Shown: piece after piece, positions 43,288-50,273 of the stretch
Position numbering within the stretch: the stretch's first letter is position 1
Layout: the number at the start of each line of letters is the position of its first letter
From: an uncultured delta proteobacterium
GTDB taxonomy: Bacteria > Myxococcota_A > Polyangia > Fen-1088
DNA: 64,000 nt
Direction: 5' to 3'
NCBI GenBank assembly: GCA_963737265.1
Contig: CAVTRY010000011.1
Location: 224,001 to 288,000, forward strand
The notes under the pieces: generated by a model
What the model was told of the DNA's origin: nothing
The model's database searches: none
The model's input: the letters and a program-made list of their open reading frames with translations, nothing else
Translations under genes and position numbers: made by a program

Positions 43288-43714
43288 GGACATTACGTCT
43301 TCGCAGTTCCTGTTTGATTCGGACGAGTTGAGCTACACCCAAGGCCATTGGGTCCATATGTGCCACGATCAACTCCTCACGGCCTCCGCAGGCGCCGCCT
43401 ATGTCTTGCAAGAGAGTTTTGGAAGAACGCGTCCGTACGTGGACATGCTTTTCGGAAGTGGATTGCGGAAGGATTCGGCATCGCCCACTCTCACGGTCCC
43501 AGATGGTGCGCACGTCCCGGCGTACTGGACGCTGAACCTGGGGGTCGTGCAGGATTTCAATCTCGGCAAGATCCACGTTTTGAAAGCTCGAATCGACGTC
43601 ATGAATGTGACCGATAGGCTTTACCAGCTGCGGGATGGCACCGGCATCGGGGTGAACGCCGCCCAGTACGGGATGCGGCGGGGAGTGTTCGGCTCGCTCA
43701 GCTTGACGATCTAA
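43270..43714 (+). pseudogene. C-terminal fragment of a TonB-dependent receptor
   Basis: FGSGLRK...HVPAYWTLNLG...RIDVMNVTDRLYQLRDGTGIGVNAAQYGMRRGVF barrel end; no plug or N-terminus. Confidence 0.8.
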
Positions 43715-43719
43715 GCGCC

Positions 43720-43866
43720 TACCCTCGCCTGAAGGCGAGGGGTTCGCGAGCACGCCGGCCGACTGAAGTCGGCCCAGCCGGCGTGCTCTGGGAGCTGAAC
43801 GGAGTTGACCTAGCCCACCGGCGCTTCGCGCCTCCTGAAGGCTTCGCCTAAAGGCGAGGGGTTTCA
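43720..43866. mobile_element. palindrome cluster, IS200/IS605-end or REP-like non-autonomous element
   Basis: CCCTCGCCTGAAGGCGAGGG, GGCCGACTGAAGTCGGCC inside GAGCACGCCGGC..GCCGGCGTGCTC, and CTTCGCCTAAAGGCGAGGGGTTT. Confidence 0.6.
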
Positions 43867-43990
43867 AATTGGAGTGAGCCGTTCATAGTCATGGTCCTTT
43901 CACACGACCACGTGCCCGCCGAGGATCGTCGGAACCTTCTCGCGTGTGCTCACGTTGGCACGGAGGGCGGCGCGGGGGTAGGGTGCTGCG

Positions 43991-44561
43991 ATGACTCCCA
44001 CGCTGCGGCCGGATAACCTGGTCTGGATCGATCTCGAGATGACGGGTCTCGATCCTTGCGTCGACGTCGTCTTGCAGGCGGCGCTGGTAATCACCACCGC
44101 CAACCTCGAAACGCTGGACGAGCTCGCCGTCGACATCCGCCAGACGGAAGAGGTTCTGGCGTGCATGTCGCCTCACGTGCGCGAAATGCACACGCGCACC
44201 GGATTGGTTGACCGCGTGCTGCGCTCCACCGTCGACGCTGGCGACGCCGAGCGACTTCTGTTGGCGCGCATCGCCGTATGGTGTCCTTCACCGGCGATGC
44301 TGTGCGGAAACTCGATCTGGAACGATCGCCGTTTTATCGCGCGCCATATGCCCGCACTCGATCGATACCTGCACTACCGGGTTGTGGACGTGTTCGAGCA
44401 TCAAGGTCCTCGCCGGCCGATGGTACGGCGAGGCGGCGGTCTTCGCGAAGCCGACCGTCGGAGCTCACGACGCGAACATCGACGTCAAGCTCTCAATCGC
44501 CGAGCTACGGCACTATCGGGAAACGTTGTTTCGTGTGCCGAGCGTTGACGTGCCTGGCTGA
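43991..44561 (+). CDS. orn: oligoribonuclease; frameshift at ~44393, probably a sequencing error
   Basis: LVWIDLEMTGLD, MHTRTGL, CGNSI..DRRF, LHYR..DV/SSIK..HDA..D. Confidence 0.9.
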
Positions 44562-44579
44562 GCTGTTACGTTTGCGCAC

Positions 44580-44800
44580 TACCCACGGATCGACAGGGAG
44601 TTGTCTTTGAGGGTGGCCGCGGGCATGCGCAGGTGCGCCGAGGCCAGGAGCTCGCTGTCGAGCAAAACCTCCTCGGGCAGGCCTTGGCGGGCGAGTTGGC
44701 CGTGGGCAAGCACTGGCGCTGAGGTGGTCGAGAAATGCGAGGAAGTGCGCGCTGCCCGTTGGCATTCATGCCGGCCGTCGATGGTTCGCATCCTCGGACA
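44580..44800 (-). pseudogene. degenerate second copy of the ECF/CbiO ATPase 3' end
   Basis: TAGMNANG..HFLAFLDHLSAS..VLAHGQLARQGLPEEVLLD.ELLASAHLRMPA matches the ORF at 45909..46382. Confidence 0.8.
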
Positions 44801-44807
44801 CCAGCGT

Positions 44808-45233
44808 CTACGGCGCCCTCATCAGGATTCGGAATCCCGCTTGCGCAAAGTGCTGATCGGGAGTCGCTGCCTCGGTCGCTGCGTGGTCGAGCATGATCTC
44901 CATGCTCAAACAATCAGTCAGGCTCCATGTCTTATCCGCGTGGGCGGCGTACCGGGCCTCGGCGCGGTCCAGTAGTTGTGGAGTCAAGCGCTCAATGGTC
45001 CAGCCAGCCATCCTTTGGCGCAGGCGGCGCAGCCATGACGCTGCGAGTGCCCGCAAAGGGCTGCGGGCGAAGAAGTTCCCAAACTCGATCAATACCGCGT
45101 CGGTCGTCACGAGAGCTTGCCCAGACTTCTCCCAACTCCGGGCCAAGGTCTTGGCCTGGGCGTGAAGCGAGTCCTTCTGGTTGATGAGGGCGACCAGGTA
45201 GCCCGTGTCGATCAGTATTGCCGCCTTAGCCAT
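44808..45233 (-). CDS. PIN-domain (VapC-like) toxin
   Basis: ILIDTGYLVAL...D..H, TTDAVLIE, SLTDCLS, T.D.HF.QAGF. Confidence 0.92.
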   Translation of the reverse strand: MAKAAILIDTGYLVALINQKDSLHAQAKTLARSWEKSGQALVTTDAVLIEFGNFFARSPLRALAASWLRRLRQRMAGWTIERLTPQLLDRAEARYAAHADKTWSLTDCLSMEIMLDHAATEAATPDQHFAQAGFRILMRAP

Positions 45234-45657
45234 CGTGGTTTTCGTAAAGGTACTGGTCGACGTTCTGACTGCCGTCGGTGCGGTCATCGCGACCGGCCTC
45301 CCCTACCAGAGCAGAGAGAAATGCTCCGGGGCTGCTGTTTGGCGGCGCGCCAGGAAGCGGCGAGTTGGGGTTGGGGATCACCTGATGAATCTTCACTTCT
45401 ACCGTGTCGCCGCCGTTGATTCCCGTGACGGCCGCAGGGACGGCGAATTCATTATCGTAGGTCAGGTCCGCCAAGAGGTGATTCCATCGGCCCTGTCCCT
45501 GCCGTCTGATCGAGTAGCGCACAATATGGTTGCTGGGCCGTCGAGTCAGCCCCAACCGCCGTTGCTCGGCGGCGGGAATTGCGATCAATCGATTCTTCGT
45601 CCGGTGGACCATAGCCGAAAACCTGGCCAGGGTAGTCGCAAGATTGGGGTTTGCCAT
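45226..45657 (-). CDS. putative antitoxin (AbrB/DUF1905-like N-terminus plus D-x-S-x-N-x-D-x-YLY tail)
   Basis: Overlaps the PIN start; IAIPAAEQRRLGL and AVPAAVTGINGGDTVEV; tail DGSQNVDQYLY. Confidence 0.7.
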   Translation of the reverse strand: MANPNLATTLARFSAMVHRTKNRLIAIPAAEQRRLGLTRRPSNHIVRYSIRRQGQGRWNHLLADLTYDNEFAVPAAVTGINGGDTVEVKIHQVIPNPNSPLPGAPPNSSPGAFLSALVGEAGRDDRTDGSQNVDQYLYENHDG

Positions 45658-45908
45658 ACCGGGAATTGTGCTGCGTCCTTGGAACTTAGTCAAGTCGCGC
45701 ATTGATGACTTGATAAGCTCTGGGCGTCGCTATGCTGCATTGCTGAGCGGTCCTTGCGTTGCTCAGGGCTCTAGGCCAACCACCCATACCCCATGCCGTC
45801 TCCGATCTCCCCCTTCGACGTGCGGCTGTGGAACCGGATGGAACCGTGGCAGCATTGACGGTCCTCGCCGATCCGGGCCGCGGCTTTGGACCGGCTTTGA
45901 ACGCCCAC

Positions 45909-46382
45909 CTACCGCTGACAGCCACTCTCGATATCCAAGACCCCACGGCCATCCGACTGCAGCAGGCGAACGAGTTGCTCCATGGTCCTTGGTATTTCGC
46001 ACACATTGGGTATGGAACGCGGACCGTATGCCAAGCGAAAGCCTTCGATCACCGCGGGCATGCGCAGGTGCGCCGAGGCCAGGAACTCGCGGTCGAGGAG
46101 AACCTCTTCGGGCAGGCCTTGGCGGGCGACTTGGCCGTGCGCGAGCACGACGACCGACTCGGCCCACGCCAGCGCCAAGTCGGTATCGTGAATGGCTAGC
46201 ACGACCGTCGTTCCGCTGGCGCTCAACCGATGGAGGAACGCCAAGAACTGTATGCTGCCCGTGGCGTCCATGCCGGCCGTGGGTTCGTCGAAGATGAGCA
46301 CGTCGGGTCGCATGGCCATGATGCCCGCGATGGCGGCCCGCTTGCGCTGACCACCGCTCAGCATTATACGGGCAGTCAGCAT
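45909..46382 (-). pseudogene. C-terminal half of an ECF (CbiO-like) ABC ATPase
   Basis: LSGGQRKRAAIAG, FDEPTAG and H-loop present; Walker A absent. Confidence 0.85.
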
Positions 46383-46385
46383 CGG

Positions 46386-47446
46386 TCACGCCCTTGGGCC
46401 ACGCCAGGCAATCAGCTTGCCGGATTCGTACGCGACCACCAGGACGTCTCCTTTGGGGCTCCAGACGATCTTCGCCGCCGACGAGTCCCCTATGCCGAAT
46501 GCAAGCGGCTTTTTCGGCTGGCGCGCGTCCCAAACGAACACCGCACCATCGCGACCGACACTCGCAAGCAGGTATCCACCGGCCTGGAACGCGACATCGG
46601 TGATGGCGTTGGCATGGCCAAGACCGATCTTCGGTTGGGTGCCCGCGGGTCCCTTGCCCGAGAAATCCCAGATACAGAGCCCCTCGCCACCACCCGTGGC
46701 AAGGTATCGGCTGTCCGCGCTCCAACTGAGTTGCTTCACCTTCACCGGATAGCCCGACATCTCAAGGCCCTCGCCCGAGGCGGCCTCCAGATGTGCACGG
46801 AGGCGTCTTGCGACCCGCAGACGATCCACTTGCCGTCCGGGCTCACGCGCATGCAGATGAGCGAGCCCTTCCACTGAAAGGCGCGGCCTGACTTTCCGCT
46901 CGCCGCATCCCAGAAGCGCAGACCTCCGTAGGCGCTGGTCACGAGGCGATGGGAGTCAACGGGCCCTGCCAGACCGCTCGCGGTGCTCGGACGGACGAAT
47001 GCATGGATGGATTTGAGGTCCGGGCTCCAAACCTTGACCAGCTTTCCAGACCCGGTTGCCAGGCGGCTGCCGTCGGGAGTCCAACCCAGAAGCTCCACCC
47101 AGGCGGCGCCTCCCTCGGCTTCGGCGAGCGGATCGGATGAGCTCGCGGACCATAGCCGGACGCGCCCATCTTGGCCACCCGAGGCGAGGCGACTTCCGTC
47201 GGGAGACCAGGCGAGCGCGAGCGCACCAAGCGCGTGGCCTGCCACCTTTCTCCGGGATCTGCCGTTCGGCCCCATCAGATAGATGCGGCCTTCGCCTCCA
47301 GCCACGGCCAGGGTCTCGTGGCCCTGCGACCAGGCCATGTCGATGGGGAAGTCGCCGATTTCGGTTTGCCACAGGATCTCCAGCACGGGGACATTGGCCA
47401 CCGCCTTCGCAAACGCATCCGCCTCGGGCGCGATCAGCGCAGGCAT
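46386..47446 (-). CDS. WD40-repeat protein (frameshift at ~46787)
   Basis: Repeated [16 protein letters not shown] units across two frames; coupled to the COG0523 gene. Confidence 0.88.
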
Positions 47447-48810
47447 GCGCGGAATCCTTCGTTCAATGCGGTCGCGTCGAGATCGCGGCCGATGAACACC
47501 AACTGATTGGACCGCTTCTCTTTCCCCCACGGCCGCTCGGGCTCGCCGTCGAACAACATGTGGACGCCTTGGAATACGAAGCGCCGATCCTGATCGGCAA
47601 TGCTGACGATGCCTTTCATGCGGAAGATGTTGGTCCCTTGCTCCATGAGAGTCTTCGACACCCACGCGTTCAACTTCTTCTCGTCCAGGTCGCCATCGGC
47701 CACGATGCTGACCGAGGTCACGGTGTTGTCGTGCACATGCCCTGGGTTGTACTGGTGAACCGAGATAGGCTCGACGGCTTCGCCATCGCGGCGCACGAGC
47801 CGCATGGCGAACTCCGAGGGCAGGTGCTCGGTGTAGAGCACGACATGACCCGGGTAGGGGATCTCGATCAGGACGCGTTTCTCGCCCTTTCGCTTGAGGT
47901 CGATGCGATAGAGCACGCCAGGAAGAAGATAGCCCCCCGTGGCGGGATTGCTGCGCCTCTCGGAGATCAGGCTGACCGCCTCGGCACGTGCCGCTATCAA
48001 CTCCTTGTCGCGTGTATTCGGGATCGGGAGCAAGAGCACGTCCATCGACGGATCGGGGCTGCCATCCTGGAGGGTCAGCACGTGCTCGCCCTTGCCGAGG
48101 CGATACACGCCAGACCACTCGAACGGGTACTCCGGCTCCAAGAAGGCCGGCCGGGTGTCCAAGGCACGCGTGAGATCGAAGCCGCCAACATCGAGAACGT
48201 GGTCCAGATCGATGTCGGCGTTGCGCGTTCGGTGAATGCGAGCCATCGCGTTCATCGAGCGGATCGTCCGCTCAAGGGCGTCAAGCTCCTGCTCGGACAC
48301 CAGGTCGACCTTGTTGAGCAGGATGACGTCGGCAAACGCGATCTGCTCCTGGCACTCTTTGCTGTCCCTGACGTGGAGCGAGACGTGTTTCGCGTCGACG
48401 AGGGTTACGATGCCGTCGAGTCGCAACTGATCCCTCACCTCGTCATCGACGAAGAAGGTTTGCGCGACCGGGGCCGGGTCGGCGAGGCCCGTCGTCTCGA
48501 TGAGAATGGCATCGAGCCTATCCCGCCGTTTCATCAGATTACCGAGGATGCGAATGAGATCCCCGCGCACGGTGCAGCAGATGCATCCGCTGTTCATCTC
48601 GAAGATCTCTTCCTCGGCACCAATGACGAGGGCGTTGTCGATACCCACTTCGCCGAACTCGTTCTCGATGACCGCGATTCTCTTTCCGTGGTTTTCCGTC
48701 AGGATCCGGTTGAGAAGCGTGGTCTTTCCCGAACCCAGAAAACCAGTAAGGACAGTGACAGGGACGCAGTCCTTCTCCGAAGACTCGTCCGTGGATTGTT
48801 GATTCGCCAT
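47434..48810 (-). CDS. COG0523 (CobW/ZigA/YjiA-type) metallochaperone GTPase
   Basis: [33 protein letters not shown]; CobW_C FRMKG...QLVFIG. Confidence 0.95.
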   Translation of the reverse strand: MANQQSTDESSEKDCVPVTVLTGFLGSGKTTLLNRILTENHGKRIAVIENEFGEVGIDNALVIGAEEEIFEMNSGCICCTVRGDLIRILGNLMKRRDRLDAILIETTGLADPAPVAQTFFVDDEVRDQLRLDGIVTLVDAKHVSLHVRDSKECQEQIAFADVILLNKVDLVSEQELDALERTIRSMNAMARIHRTRNADIDLDHVLDVGGFDLTRALDTRPAFLEPEYPFEWSGVYRLGKGEHVLTLQDGSPDPSMDVLLLPIPNTRDKELIAARAEAVSLISERRSNPATGGYLLPGVLYRIDLKRKGEKRVLIEIPYPGHVVLYTEHLPSEFAMRLVRRDGEAVEPISVHQYNPGHVHDNTVTSVSIVADGDLDEKKLNAWVSKTLMEQGTNIFRMKGIVSIADQDRRFVFQGVHMLFDGEPERPWGKEKRSNQLVFIGRDLDATALNEGFRACLR

Positions 48811-48857
48811 GAAGCTCTCCCTTGATGAGTGCAGATGGTATAGCTGGCGCCGGGCTC

Positions 48858-48878
48858 ATATGCAAGTCTGTTGCATAT
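48858..48878. promoter_or_regulatory. palindromic operator copy 3, between the divergent COG0523 and Fur-family genes
   Basis: ATATGCAAGTCTGTTGCATAT. Confidence 0.8.
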
Positions 48879-48955
48879 ATTGAAAAGGAAGATCGTCGAG
48901 TTGCGAACCCGCGCGCGACCTATGATAGAATGACGGTCAAAGAGCAGGAGACACG

Positions 48956-49426
48956 GTGCGAAGGAATGCGAAGAACCCGGAGACTCAGCAGAGAATCGAC
49001 GACAAGGTGCGGACCTTGCTCGCCAGCGCCAAGTTGCGCCACACCCGGCAGCGGAGTGGAATCCTCGGACTGCTGGTCGAGAAACCAGGGCCCTTCAGCA
49101 CCCAGGAGATCCGTTCTCTCCTTGGCCAGGAGACCTGCGATCCGGTGACGATTTACCGTGTTCTGGAGAACTTCGAGAAGGCACGTATCGTGCGCCGATG
49201 TGACTTTTCGGATGGGGTTGGGCGGTATGAGCTCGCCGCGGGCGACAAGCACCACCATCACCTCGTCTGCACCGGGTGTCGGCGCGTCGAGGATCTGGAC
49301 GTCACGGACTGCCCGACCCAGAAGCTTGAGCGCTTGGCCCGCGCGCGCGGCTACGCGGAAGTCGAGCACTCGCTCGAAATCTTCGGACTCTGCCCGCGCT
49401 GCCAGACCATCGCCGGTCCCGGCTAG
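48956..49426 (+). CDS. Fur-family metalloregulator (Zur-like)
   Basis: TRQR..IL, VTIYRVL, HHHHLVCTGC...HSLEIFGLCPRC (two CxxC motifs). Confidence 0.93.
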   Translation: MRRNAKNPETQQRIDDKVRTLLASAKLRHTRQRSGILGLLVEKPGPFSTQEIRSLLGQETCDPVTIYRVLENFEKARIVRRCDFSDGVGRYELAAGDKHHHHLVCTGCRRVEDLDVTDCPTQKLERLARARGYAEVEHSLEIFGLCPRCQTIAGPG

Positions 49427-49512
49427 GCTCCGGCCAGGGTCTTGGCTTGCCTGCGCAGGCGGAATTGCTCCGTGACGCCGCCGATGAACAGCGTGGCGAC
49501 TCCGGCCCATTC

Positions 49513-49535
49513 GATATGCAAGTCAATTGCATATC
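49513..49535. promoter_or_regulatory. palindromic operator copy 4, upstream of the uptake operon
   Basis: GATATGCAAGTCAATTGCATATC with perfect 9-bp arms. Confidence 0.8.
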
Positions 49536-49709
49536 AAGATTACGGGATTATGCACAGCCGATGTGGCGACGCGGTACCAGCGGGTGCGAGCGTCGTAGGT
49601 GGCGAACGAATGCCTCCTTTGCGAGCCGCGCGACGGAATGGCAAATCATTGGAAGGATCCAACATTCGACTTGCTCGTGACCGACGCGTGGCTCATATTC
49701 CGGCGCAGC

Positions 49710-50156
49710 ATGCTGGCGCGAACGGATAGAGACAGGCCGCTTCTGCCCCGTAAGGGTGCTGTGGTGGCCAGACTGTTCGCTGCGGCACTGATCGCCGCCG
49801 TCGGATTCGCGCAGTTCTCGGCCTTCCGGCACGAGGCCAACGTCAGGCACGTGGAATGTGCGGAGCACGGAGAGGCGATCGATGTCGGAATCGTCTCGAA
49901 CCTGGGACCGCCTGCCGTGCACCATCGCGCTGCCGGCACGGGGATGGAAGGGGCCGATAGTGCAGGGGTCTCGCCCCACGAACACTGCTCCGTCGTCTTA
50001 GCGTTTCGGGCAAGCGCGCGAGCACAGATGGTAAGGCTGGCCACGCGTTTCGTTCCGCCGGCAATTGTCGTTAGCCGGATTAGTGCTCCGGCACCGCGAC
50101 CTGGACGCGCGTTCGTCCTCGCTCGTGCGCCGAAGACCTCGCCCCCGTCGGTCTGA
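49710..50156 (+). CDS. His/Cys-rich leader protein with C-terminal RAPKTSPP (DUF2946/CruR-like)
   Basis: Hydrophobic N-terminal segment, HEANVRHVECAEHGE, HEHC, Pro-rich end; directly upstream of the TBDT. Confidence 0.7.
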   Translation: MLARTDRDRPLLPRKGAVVARLFAAALIAAVGFAQFSAFRHEANVRHVECAEHGEAIDVGIVSNLGPPAVHHRAAGTGMEGADSAGVSPHEHCSVVLAFRASARAQMVRLATRFVPPAIVVSRISAPAPRPGRAFVLARAPKTSPPSV

Positions 50157-50273
50157 TCCATTTCGATCCGTCGACGTGGGTGGACCCTAGCTCCAGCGCG
50201 CGCTGTGCGAGCTACGTGGCCGTCGTCAGCCGCCCACCTGTTCATCGTTTTTCGGACCTATCGAGGAGATCTC

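Noticed and set aside
49430-49710. Cobalamin riboswitch near the CobW/CbiO/TBDT genes
   Set aside because: No B12-box or other recognisable core found by eye; the palindromic operator explains the regulation better. An Rfam scan would settle it.
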